A stretch of DNA of 64,000 nt from the human T2T-CHM13v2.0 reference genome, Homo sapiens, in assembly GCF_009914755.1 (NCBI RefSeq), contig NC_060933.1. The stretch is one strand, 5' to 3'. Made by a program: the position numbers and the translations under genes. Shown here piece after piece: positions 14,188 to 27,560 of the stretch; position 1 is the stretch's first letter; every line of letters starts with the position of its first letter. The notes under the pieces were generated by a model, which saw only the letters and a program-made list of their open reading frames with translations, was not told where the DNA came from and did not search any database.

Positions 14188-15298
14188 AAGTCAGAGACTA
14201 ATCTTCTCACAGTTACATAAGGGGATGAAGCTGAAAGTTATTTGGGCATTAATTAGAAGTGTGGCCCACTGAAGGCTGGTGAAATCTGGACACCTCTGCT
14301 ATACATGGTCCTTGTGGATGGTTTGAATGATATTCCCAAATTGGCTGGGCACATTCCCATGATATCAGGCCGATGGGCATTAAAAATGCAAATTAGTTCA
14401 CATGCTGGGGTACAATGCCCTGAACCAGCTGACTTTAATGGACTGCAGATTGCCAATCCAAGGCTATGTTCTTTCATTCCTTTCCTTGCCTTACTTACTT
14501 ATCATTCATCCTTCCCCTAAGTTCTCTTGGGCCTATTGCCCAAATAAAAGTGAAGAAGAAATTAACACATATGAAAGCGTGCTATGCTAAGTACCATGTG
14601 GGGTGTGTTTTGCATGAATTATTTTACTTAACCCCTTACAACACCTTGGCAAGATAGGCAGGATTATCCCCATTTTATTGATGAGAAATGAAAGCTGAGA
14701 GTCCTATCTCCCAAGTAACACAGCCAGGTATTATAACAGTCCTGGGGTCCACATACAGGCTTACATAACTCCAAAGTTCTTTACATCATACCACCAAGAA
14801 AAATGTATTTTAAGATTCACCTAATTAAAACATAATTAAGAAGAACAATGTATTGGGAGAGATGCTTACTGTTTCTAAGCAAACATACGTGATTGCCTAT
14901 CAATGAACAATGACCTCAAGCTGTAACTCAAACCGGAGCTGCAGGGGGCTCAGATTCAAACACTTCCTCTCCACTTACAAAACTGCCACAAAGGAAAATG
15001 AAATGGTAAAAGGCAGTTTCTGCCAAATCTTGGCAAAACCAGCTAAACTTTCTTGGTCAGTGGGAGTAGAAGGGGTGATATCTCTCTGTCCTGAGGAATC
15101 AAAAAGTTGCCTACCAGGTTAATACATAATACAAATCTGACATTTCAAACACAAGTTGTTTTACATATCTGGGCTCAACAGTTTAAGTTTACAAAATATC
15201 CCCACCCATCCAAAATCATGTGTCCATATAAAGGCACATCTGTGGTCTACAGTTGGATAATTCACAGCCCTCTTATCTAGCACTGGTCATTAGAAATT

Positions 15299-15362
15299 AG
15301 GGCGGCTGTGTTACACAACCATGCAGATGGTGCCCCCTAGTGTTGCACAATGACAAAGCCCT
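15299..15362. mobile_element. MER91-like mini hAT element carrying a CTCF motif
   Basis: AGGGC...GCCCT inverted ends; GGTGCCCCCTAGTGTTGCACAATG matches the recalled MER91 arm. Confidence 0.6.
15329..15344 (-). promoter_or_regulatory. CTCF motif (minus strand AACACTAGGGGGCACC)
   Basis: Near-consensus CCACYAGRKGGCRS core. Confidence 0.7.
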
Positions 15363-15395
15363 GAAAGCAACCACCTGAAAGCACAATCTAGACGG

Positions 15396-16261
<866 letters not shown>

Positions 16262-16409
16262 TAACTTTGTGACATTTGAAAGATTAAAGTTGCTTCTGAC
16301 GGCACTACAGTAGAACCTCAATATTTGCATGTTTCTTCCTTAAATTTCCCCTTTCCCTGACACTGTACATACACTTTCTAAAATTTGTTTTTTAATTTTT
16401 ACTTTTCAC

Positions 16410-16520
16410 TTTTCAATTTTTAAGGAAATAGAGATGGGGTTTCACCATGTTGCCCAGGCTGGTCTCAAACTCCTGGGCTCAAGCGATCCACTCGCCCCAG
16501 CCTCCCAAAGTGCCTGGCCC
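16410..16520 (-). mobile_element. Alu left monomer/FLAM fragment
   Basis: GAGATGGGGTTTCACCATGTTGCCCAGG. Confidence 0.85.
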
Positions 16521-17863
16521 CTGTAGGTACACTGTTAACAGAATCAGATACCAGTAGGAAAATGGTAAAAAGAGAATATGTAAGCAGAGATACCAATTTG
16601 TGGTAAGCATTCAAATTGGTTCTTATGTAGTCCTATTGTGGAATTTGATTTAAAAGCCAAAACAGACATCACTATATGTCCCCTTTATATCTTTCCTTCA
16701 TCATTCTTGTTTTGTGGTAATATGCTTCTCTATCATCCATTGATAATAGAATTACAACATTATGGATTTTCTATGCTGATTTATCAGAAATAGATTGGGG
16801 TAATGGTGTTATTTCTCTTCTGTTTTCCCTCCCACAAAGTTTCCCTCTGTGCACCTCAAACTTACTCTTTAACCTAATCTTCTTTTGAGGGAAATTACTC
16901 AATGGTTTTTAGGGAATCAACTGAGCTCTGACCTCAGGGATCCACCAAAATCAGCCAGCCCTTCACTCAGTCAAGTTCAATAATTATTTTCCACAGGTGC
17001 TAAAACCCCAGTTGAACCTGGATATTTTCCCCCTTAATATCCCCTTTAGAGAAAAAGAATCAGAGAATCCCACATGTAGAGGAGTGAGCAGATAACAGAA
17101 ACCCTGAAGCCTTCCAGATTTAACTGTTCCTGCTGTTCCAATGAGCCACCTGAGGCCACAGCGGGAGAAGATTTAACACAGGAAAGACAGTGGCTTTTAC
17201 GGGCTTTGGAGAAGGGCCAGGGTCTCAAGGGAGATCAGAAAGTGTGTAGAAAGCCCTGTCGTTACTAGGAAAATGCAGGTATCAGTGCCTGACAGACAGT
17301 AGGTGCTCAATATATACATTATATAACCGAATGGTACAGTGAATTGGCAAAAGAAAAAAAGCAGAAAAGATGAAAGTGAAGCTAGGACAGGTAGAGATGG
17401 GATTACCTTTCTTTCCTCCTAGCATCTTTTTTAAGGGTTATTTCTTTTTATTTTCCAGCTGCCCCAGGGTGATTTTCAGTCACTATCTCCAGGCTGAAGC
17501 CTTCTTGATCATTCCTTTTTCCAACCTTAGTGATAGCTAGCCTAGGAATGCTACAACTCCCAGGTGGAGATTCAGGTTAAGCGAGACTGGGTCGTAAGAA
17601 AAAAAGATGGAGAGAAAAGGAAAGGGAAGCAGAGGAGTCTGCATTCTGCATTCTCTTCCTTCCGTTTTAATTTTGCCAGTTGTTATGGGCAAGTTAAATT
17701 CTTCTCATGTCTCTGTTTTTCATAACTGGGAATTATAGTTAATATAACTGAGGCACAACTGATAGTAGATCTGTGAAAGCATAAAGGGAAATATAGTGTT
17801 CAGCAATATCTAAGGAATATGCTTCAAAGCAAACCTTTGCTTCTTACCAGGTGTCACCTAAAC

Positions 17864-17983
17864 CAGCGCTACTCACACTTTGATGTGCAACATAATACAC
17901 CTAGAGATCTCATTAACATGCAGGTACTGATTCAGTAGGTCTTGGATGGGGCCCAATATTCTGCAATTCTAACAGTTGCCTGG
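17864..17983. mobile_element. MER5A fragment
   Basis: CTGATTCAGTAGGTCTTGGATGGGGCCCAA...TCTGCAATTCTAACA. Confidence 0.75.
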
Positions 17984-18140
17984 TGATATGGTTTGGATGT
18001 TTGTCCCCTCCAAATCTCGTTGAGATGTAATCCCCCGTGTTTGAGGTGGGGCCTGGGTGGGAGGTGTTTGGATCATAGGAGTAGAACCCTCATGAATGTC
18101 TTAGTGCCATCCTCTCGGTGGTGAGTTCTTACTCTGAGTT
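17984..18140 (+). mobile_element. MSTB LTR 5' part
   Basis: TGATATGGTTTGGATGTTTGTCCCCTCCAAATCTC start. Confidence 0.8.
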
Positions 18141-18147
18141 CTTGCTC

Positions 18148-18670
18148 ACCCATAAAAATCCCTAAACTATGTACGAGGCTTGGAGAACTTCTGGGTTGGT
18201 GAACACATTCACATGCCAGGAGGGTGATGCACCCCAACTCTAAGGGGAGTGGCGGCCCTTCCGGACCTTGCTCTGTGTACTTGTTCATCTGGTTGTTCAT
18301 CTGTATCCTTTACAATAAACCAGTAAATGTTAAGTTAAAGCATCTGAGTTCTATGAGCCATTATAGCAAATTATTGAATGTAAGGAAGGGGTCTTGGGAA
18401 TGCCCAACTTGTAGCCAAGTTTGACAGAAGCGTGAGTAACCTGGGACTCACCATTTGTGACTGACATCTGAAGTGGGAGAAGTCTTGTGGAACAGAGCCC
18501 TTAACCTGTGGGGTCTGATGCTGATCCCAGGTAGACAGGGTCAGAAGTGAGTGAATTGAATTGAAGGACATCCAGCTGGTGTCTGGAGAGCTGGAGAACT
18601 GGTTGTTGGTGTGGAAAAACAAAATACGTTTGGTATCAGCAGTATTGTGGGTAGAGTGATACAGTTTTTG
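18148..18670 (+). mobile_element. MER21 LTR 3' part
   Basis: GGTTGGTGAACAC...TTCATCTGTATCCTTTACAATAAACC...GAATTGAATTG motifs. Confidence 0.75.
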
Positions 18671-18741
18671 TTTTAGGCTGAATTTGGAAACCCAAATGGA
18701 TAGGCAATCTTGATACAATCTTTTCAATGGGGCTGATTTGA

Positions 18742-18882
<141 letters not shown>

Positions 18883-19694
18883 TGATCTGCTTTTCAAGAA
18901 TTCCTCAGTTGTTGCCATGTAACTGTCTCTCTGACAAGACTGTAAGCTTCCAGGAGTTGGGATCAAGACTTAGCCACTTGCACCTCTCTGGGACTGTGGG
19001 ATGCTGTGTGAAATGTAGTAGGTACTGGATTTGCAGGGAGTTTTCAGCTGTCAAGGGCCTTGGTAAAATAAGGAAGTGCAAGGGGCCAATAATTCTTGGC
19101 TAAAATATCCAGAATTTCACTCTGGGACTGTAAAAGAGATTCCTCTGAGAAACTTGCTAATATCTTGCAAAACCTCAATCCAGGTTTTGTCTTCTTACAT
19201 CACCTTGTTCTCATTTAGGTCAGTTTCTGAAGATGCAACTGTGGTTTTGCAGTAAGGGGAACTGAGAATCTTGAATACTGCATGTTATCACGTGACTTCA
19301 GGATGAAATATCATTCAAAACAAAACATAAATTAAACGTATTCACACAGAGAGAAAAAGCAAAGCCTAAATTAAATACATTCACACATAGAGAAAACAGA
19401 GTATGGTAAGATATCCAAATTTCCAAATTTCCATTTTTCTCTTTGAAGAATTTAATCCTAGATCTCCATAGCCTCAGGTCCAGTATAGCAAACAGCTGGG
19501 AAGCTGTTTGACAGCACTTTGGGCCTAGTATCTTGGATCTTTTCATCTAAGAGATTGTCTACTTATCTAGGACCAGACTTGCTCAGAGTGATGTGGAATC
19601 ATTTTCGAAAAGAATAGAGATAAGGTCTTTCTGACACATCATGAAATTTAACACTGATGACCACCCAAGGACCTATGCTAGAGTCAAGATTTGG

Positions 19695-19983
19695 GGCCAG
19701 GCATGGTGACTCACGCTTGTAATCCCAGAACTTTGGGAGGCCGAGGCAGGAGGATCACTTGAGCCCAAGGGTTCAAGACTACCCTGGACAACACAAACCC
19801 TCATCTCTGAAAAGATAAAAATTAGCCGGCATGGTGGTCACACCTATAGTCCCTGCTACTCAGGAGGCTGAGGCGGGAAGATTGCTTGAGCCTGGGTGGT
19901 TGAGGCTGCAGTGAGCCATGATCACACTACTATACTCCAGCCTGGGGAACAGAGTGAAACCCTGTGTTGGGGGGACAAAAAAA
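19695..19983 (+). mobile_element. AluJ
   Basis: Alu dimer. Confidence 0.93.
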
Positions 19984-20989
19984 CTGAATTGGGTAATTGC
20001 AAAATTTTTCTTTTTAAGGCAATAAAAAAATACTGACTTCATGTATTTATTCCCTGGGTTATTTCTGGAAGGCAGTCAAGCTAGTTAATTTATTTTCCTT
20101 TTTAAAGAAAATAAGCCAAAAGAAACCAAAAGAAAAAGAAAAAGAATATAAGCCAAATAGCAAACATTAATTTTTTTCAGATTTCAATTGTTTAAAATGC
20201 ATGTTCATTTTTGAAAAATTTAGAAAGCATAAAAGAGTTCAAAAAAGAAGGATCCCTCCAAATGTCACCAACTAGGCACAATCTTACAGATAATCTTGCT
20301 ATAGTTTTTCAAATCTTAGAGAAAATCAACACATGAAAAACTGTGTTCATATATTCACCAGGTGAACCAAATGCAAGCTATACTCTTATACTCTGTGGAC
20401 CAGGGGAACAAGACAAGTAAAAAAATCCAGAAATCTTACATGTCAAAATAAAAATTAAGGATATATGTAAAAATTGGTAATTACTTTAAATGAATGAGAG
20501 TTCACACTTCATAATCTCACATGACTAGATTTTTAAAAATAGATTGAAAAGTTTTGATGCACTTGTTTGATGTTTCTACATCTTGGAGGAAAGCTGAAAG
20601 CACTTGATACTGGTGGTGTATAGACACACACCTACTCCAATCCACCTGGAGAAGTTAGAGAAACCCCAGAACATGATTTATCAAGTAATTCAGTATCATT
20701 TTTTTGAAAAAGTTTGGCTGGAAAATTTCTTACTTACAATACCAGTTATAAGACATTTCTTCTGGCTGTCCACAACATTTTCCTTCTTACATAGCTCCTC
20801 TTTCTTAACCTCTTTACCTGGTTCTCAGAAGAAATCTGCAGTGATCTAACTAACTCTGATAACCACATAACGGGCAGATGAATTTATTACCATATGGTAT
20901 GGAACTGCTTTAAAGCTGAGTTCTGAAGTTTGATTTAAATATCTAAGTTTGAGTCAATATGTGTGCCTTGGCATGTAAAAATAACAGCA

Positions 20990-21230
20990 ACAACAACAAA
21001 CACTTTTTGTAAAGTTCTTACCATGTGTCAGGCACTATTCTATGTGCTTTATAAATACTAACTTATTTAATCTTTATAACATAATCCTCCTATGAGCTAG
21101 ATACCATTATTGTCCCCAGTTTACATATAAGGCACAGAGAGTAATTTGCCCGAAGTCACAGAGCTTGTAAGTAGCAAAGCCAGGCTAAGAGCACAGCAGT
21201 CTGTCTCCAGAGTCCATACCTCTAATACAC
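20990..21230 (-). mobile_element. MIR
   Basis: CTTACCATGTGTCAGGCACT...AAGGCACAGAGAGTAATTTGCCCGAAGTCACAGAGC. Confidence 0.8.
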
Positions 21231-24118
21231 ATGACTGTCTCATCCAGCAATCTATTTCTCCAGTTGAAAAATTACATTGATTCCTCCTACTCACCCTCCT
21301 CCCTCAAAATACCTACTTCTGTAATTAAATGCCACATCAATAAAGCATATTCTCTAACAACCCCCTTAGGTCCATGGAAGAAGCTGGCTATTTGCCAATG
21401 AAGCCTTGTTCACTCCCCATCTGGAAAGGCCTGGTGGCAAGTAAGATTCATGTTACTCAAGGGAGGAAGGGGAGTTTTCCTGTTCATTTAGCATAAAGAG
21501 TCTCTTAAGTCAAAAAATTTCCTTCCTCCTCTTTCCAGTGTCACCAGTCACACGTGAGAAAGTCATCTCGGTATCAACTTCACATGATCTGCCTCAAACA
21601 AAGACAGTTCATGTGCTCTTGATATAGCATTTCTTGCTTCAACTTCACTGCTAACTGCATGTTTCATCTACAGGGAGAGTTTACAGAAATTAGCATGAAT
21701 TATATAAACTCTGATACTTGGTGATGTAGATAGATCTCATCAGCTTTCATTTTCTTTGCTGGGAGTGTAATCAACATGATTAAAGCAAAGAAAGAAACTC
21801 TCAAGTCATTGTATTAACTATTCTGTTCTCTGGATGAGACAACATAAAACCTTGGGATAGTAGAGCTGGAACAGAAATCCAACATCATCCCCCACATTTC
21901 ACAGATAAGGAAACAGAGTCCCAGAGGGAATTTGTGATGTACATGATAACACAACTAATTTGTGACTTTAAAAAAACTCCTTTTTGGTTTATTTTTAAGA
22001 AAAAGAATAGAAATTAACTAACCATATAGAAATAGCTTATGGAATAAGGTTCATGTGGAGCCACCATTTTTTATTGTCTTACACAGAGGTAACTGCAATT
22101 ATTACACCCCACCACACTCACCCAGTGGCAGGCCAACTAGGGCCCTAGGGCTTACACAGCCCCATGAAAAGGGAGGAGGGCCTGGTCTTTGGTCCCTCAG
22201 GTCATTGGGCTGGTCCTTTGGAATTTGGTAGGCCCTACTGCCCTTGGCAGACTGCAGAGATGCTCCCACAAAGTTCTCTCTTTTGACCACAGGTCCTCCA
22301 CAAGGAATTCTTGCCACTGCTTTGGGGGCCAGAGCACTCAGGCCAGGCCACCACAGACATCTACCTATGCCTCTCCCACTGCAAGTGTCATAGTCTTTGG
22401 AAAACTATGCAAAAGTGTGATAACATCCCAAAGCCTTATAGAACCTACTGCAAACCTGTTCCCCCAAGTCCCTATCCAGGACAGTCTCAGGCATTCTCCT
22501 TTCCGTTAGGGTCAGGCCACTTCCTTTCGTCTTCTCCTCCAAACTCCAGTTCTTACCATCACAGAGACTTTCTAAAGCAAAGGTTGTAATGCATTTCTGA
22601 GACTAGGAAGCCCTCACCACCCAGACATAAAGCCTGAGCTAATAATCTCTCTGTTTCAGGGAGAGACTATAGCAGAAAACAGAGATTCCTGTTATCCTGA
22701 ACCAATTATTTGTATAACTGTATGTTTAATACCTGATTCTCTTTGGAGTAAAAATTTCATGAATTGAGTATTAGGATTACGTTAAGGTTGCAGTTGGCTT
22801 TAGGATCCCTCTGTCTTATTCACTTTTGCATCCCTGTGCCAGTTCAAGGCCTGATAAATAACAGCCACTCAATACATATTTGCAGAGCAAAGAGAGAAAG
22901 AGAGGGAGGGGAGGGAGAGAGAGTGGGAAAGACTAACCAAAGTTCTGCAATGGCCCACAGAAATATGAGTATGAGTTAAGGCAATCTCAAAGGAGATAGA
23001 GAAAAAGGGATGGGAATGAAGATGAAAACTATTAAGAATTAATAATCTACAGGGCTTGATAAGAAATTTGATGTGGATGATGTGGAAGAGACCAGTCAAG
23101 GATAATTCTGAGATGTGTTAATTGATCCACCTGAATGTGATGTGGGCTTGTGAGAGGAAGATGGGGTTTGGTTTTGTTGGTAAAGGATGGTGAATGGTGG
23201 AGGGGTTATGGACAATGAATCCAGTTCAGGAAATATTTGTGGGTCTCACTGTTTTAAGTATATGTGAACAGGAATATCAGAATGAAACTGTGAAGTGGGT
23301 GAAGTTATCTTCAGAAACTCCCTTTCATTTAGGCCCCATTTCACATATCAAGGGATATCACATATCCCTAATTATCTGCCCTAATTTCCTATCAAGAAGT
23401 GATCTGATGATCTCACTTACATAAAAGGTAAACTACTGATGAAATAGGAGATAGCTCTCAGGCTGTGTTTTAATGTTAATAATGGAGCACAGCCACAAGC
23501 CAAAAGAATGATAAGAGCACTACTAATAAGAGTCAGTGCTTATATGGCCCTTAACATGTGGCAGGCACTTAATGCCCTTAGCAACACCATGAGGAACTAT
23601 TTTATATATGAGGAAAGTGAGGCACTGAAAGGTTGTGACTTGTCCAATGTCAACAGCTAATAAGTAATGGAGTGGAAAATACAACGTAGCATTGTGGCTA
23701 TACAATCCATGCTTTTAACCATGATGCTAGGAAATAAATGTGTAAGGGTGAAAATTTTAAGAAGAGTGGAAATGTGCAGTAAATTTTGTGGGGGTCCCTC
23801 AGCAAGATTCAGATCACTCCAGTCTCATAATGAAGACTATACAGGTCACTCAAGTCTCACTCTACTAACTGAGTGTTAGTAGTGTTACTAATGACATAGA
23901 CTCTGCCAATGACTGACTTTAGACAACTTAATCTCTTTCTGTTTCATTTTCCTCATACATAAAATAAGGAGAAATAACCTACATACAAGGTTATTCCTTA
24001 AAGCAACATTTGTAAAAGTAAGTGACTGGAAACAACCTAAATGTCTGTTGATAGAAGGCTGGCTAAAAATTGTGCACCTATAAAATGGAATATAATGCAG
24101 CCATAAAAAGTAATAAGA

Positions 24119-24556
24119 TTAAATTATTTCAAACAAAAGAACAGCCTGAAAAAATCAAGTTGCAGGCATAGATAAGGGAAGTTGCTCAAGAGATAAGGGG
24201 GCTTGACTAAGACATCCCCTCAGCTGCATAGATAAGAAAGACTATACAGGAGACTTGCCCAGACATACCTGCAATGGAAAATTCTGTCCCCTGACACATG
24301 TGCAGTAAGGGAAACGAAGCAACATGGAGTAATTCAAGCTAAGAGCCCACATCCACACTAGGAAGATGGGGTGGAATTACCAGAAATGCACACCTTATGC
24401 AAATGATATGACCAGCCCCCTATCCGTTTCTTATAAAAGCCTCCGTATCCAAACTGTGAATTGGCAACCTATCTTTCCAGGATCCCTCTCTGTAGCAGAG
24501 AGCTATTCTCATTCTTTCACCTATTAAATTTCTGCTCTAAACCCGAAAAAAAAAAG
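24119..24556 (+). mobile_element. ERV1 LTR (MER84-like) U3-R fragment with poly(A) tail and TSD, inside old L1M
   Basis: TATAAAA 24432, ATTAAA 24523, A10 from 24546; flanks AAAAAGTAATAAGA / AAAAGGTAATAAGA. Confidence 0.75.
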
Positions 24557-24799
24557 GTAATAAGAAAGACCCCTACATACTGCTATAGAATGATCTCTAG
24601 GATATACTATTATGTGGGATAAAAAACAACTACAGTGCAGAACAGGACATATAATATACTACAATTTGCACAAGAAAGGATAAATGGACTAGATATATTC
24701 CTTTATGCTCATATTGCATAAATACAGGAAACTTCTAAAATTGGTTGCTTCAAGAGGAGAACTGAATTGGCGTGGGACAGAGAAGTGAGGAAGGAGAAC

Positions 24800-25250
24800 G
24801 TACCAGTTAGGATCTCAGCAGGAAATATATGGCATATTCAAAAGGCGTCATCGAGGAGTTGAGTGACAGAATTATTTACAAAGTTGTGGACAGGGCTAAG
24901 GCACCCAACAAAGGATGCTGACACTTTCCAATGGGCAACCTACAGAGGGGAATCATTATCATACCTAAGTCCTAAGGATGAAGAAGGGGAGTAAGTGGTT
25001 ACTTGAATCCAGAGAGAGAGAGCTATAGGTATAAAAGGGGCTACGGGACAGAAGCCATAGCTCTTTCCTAGATGAAGTCAGCCACTGTTCATCCATAGCC
25101 CAGCAGGGAAGGCACTGGGGGAATAAATAGCGTCACCACATTCTCCTTCTGCACTTGGATCTCTGGACATCCTTAGGGATGAGCCTCTTGGGGCTCAAGG
25201 CAGAGTGGAGAGTAGATCTGAAGGCATACAGAGAGAATATCCACTGCACA
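24800..25250 (-). mobile_element. LTR33-like ERVL LTR
   Basis: Reverse complement of LTR33 ends (GGAGAGTAGATCTGAAGG...GAATATCCACTGCACA). Confidence 0.65.
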
Positions 25251-25321
25251 GACTGTACAGCATTTTTGCTTTGTAAACTTAGAACTATATAAATATGTAA
25301 CTTATTTGAAAAGTAGAAAAT

Positions 25322-25658
<337 letters not shown>

Positions 25659-25967
25659 TTGCACACACAAAAGATAAATTAAAAAGTAAAACGGAAATGA
25701 GGGACCAGAGCGTATGCTTTCCAAGTCTCCTCCCTCTTCAAATTCTACCTCTGTTTCGTTGGAGCTGCAGTTTTTCACCTAATCACAGTCCATGGCTCCC
25801 CCTAGTGTCAAGGCGACGCTTCACCAAGCTCTAAGAACCATCTAATTCTAGGGGAATTCTGGGGCAGTCGGGCGGCCTCTGCCTCAAATCACTGATGTGT
25901 AAGCAGTTTTCACTGTGAATTACACCCACCTGGTAAATGATCGTATCCCCTGAAAGAAAAAAATACA

Positions 25968-26305
<338 letters not shown>

Positions 26306-26999
26306 TAGACTAGTTATCATTTTAAGCTATAGCGGAAATTTATCTAAATTAAATTTGGAACTAAGTAATTATCTTTTTCCCATATTTCAAATTATTAAAT
26401 AAATTTAGAGGTAAACAGCATGTGATCTACAACTCTAAATCTGCAAGCCCACTTTTGAGCTTTTTACTCCCTAGTCCATTTGTCCTTAATGCAGTGATTC
26501 TCAGCCCTGGCTACAAAATAATGTCCCCTGGGGAGAAAGCTCCTACTGGAGACTCTAATATAATCTGTCTGGGGAGGGACTTAATATCAATATATATTTT
26601 CTAACCTCCCAGTTGTTGTAATGGGCAATCAAGGCTAGAAGCCCCTACTTAAGTGATTCCTTGCTGCCTACTAGGTAGATTTTGATTCCTAGTACATTTC
26701 TTGTCACTACTCAGGATGTGCTCACTCTGCTTTAGACAAACTGGGTTACTTGTAAAACAATTTCCCACCCTCTGTGCCCTTACATACCACACTCTCCGCC
26801 TTGAACACTCTGTCACCTGCCTCCATCTCAACTGTCATAGTTCTACATATTATTACAGGGCCTGCTTGAAGGCTACCTCCTCTGAGAATTTCCCTGCCCC
26901 TCATTCCCAAACAGATGTTTCTACCTCCTTTGAACCCCTGAAGATTTTTAAAATAACTTTTATGATCAATCTTCTTTTCTTAATAGAAAATAAACACAG

Positions 27000-27560
27000 T
27001 GATTGACTATTCTTTTTAACTTATCAAATGAACAATAACAACAAAGTATGATATTTCTGTGAGAGAAATGAGCACTCCCTGTATTAACAAGGGAATAAAT
27101 TGGTGTTATGGCTTTTAAAAACTTAATCTGGCACTAAATGTCAAAATATATTCTGTTTGGCCCAGCGTTTTCACTCCTAGGAATTTATCCTATGGATATA
27201 ATCACATGAGTGGGCAAAAATACCCATAATGGAATGCTCATTGCAGCATTGTTCATAAAAGCAAAAGATGGGAAACAACTGAAATGTCTCATTAATAGAA
27301 GACAAGTTAAATAAATTATGGCACATAATATAGATGGAATGCTGCATAGTCATTTTAGAAATGAGGTATATCTGTATTTGTGACCATAGAACAATTCTAA
27401 GACATAGCATTAAGTAGAAAAAAAAAGATCCAATACAATGTCATAGAATGCTTCTACTGTGTTTTGTATAAAAGCACAAATATACATTTGTCTGTGCTTC
27501 CAAAGCACTAGGTATCTTTGGATGGATATACAAGCAACTGTCAACAACAACTGACTCTAG
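27000..27560 (+). mobile_element. L1ME 3' remnant
   Basis: CTCCTAGGAATTTATCCTA...GCAGCATTGTTCATAAAAGCAAAA...AATAAATTATGG. Confidence 0.75.

Noticed and set aside
19288-19296. Isolated TCACGTGAC E-box (and kB-like GGGAGTTTTCC at 21470-21480)
   Set aside because: Single imperfect motifs are expected by chance in 64 kb
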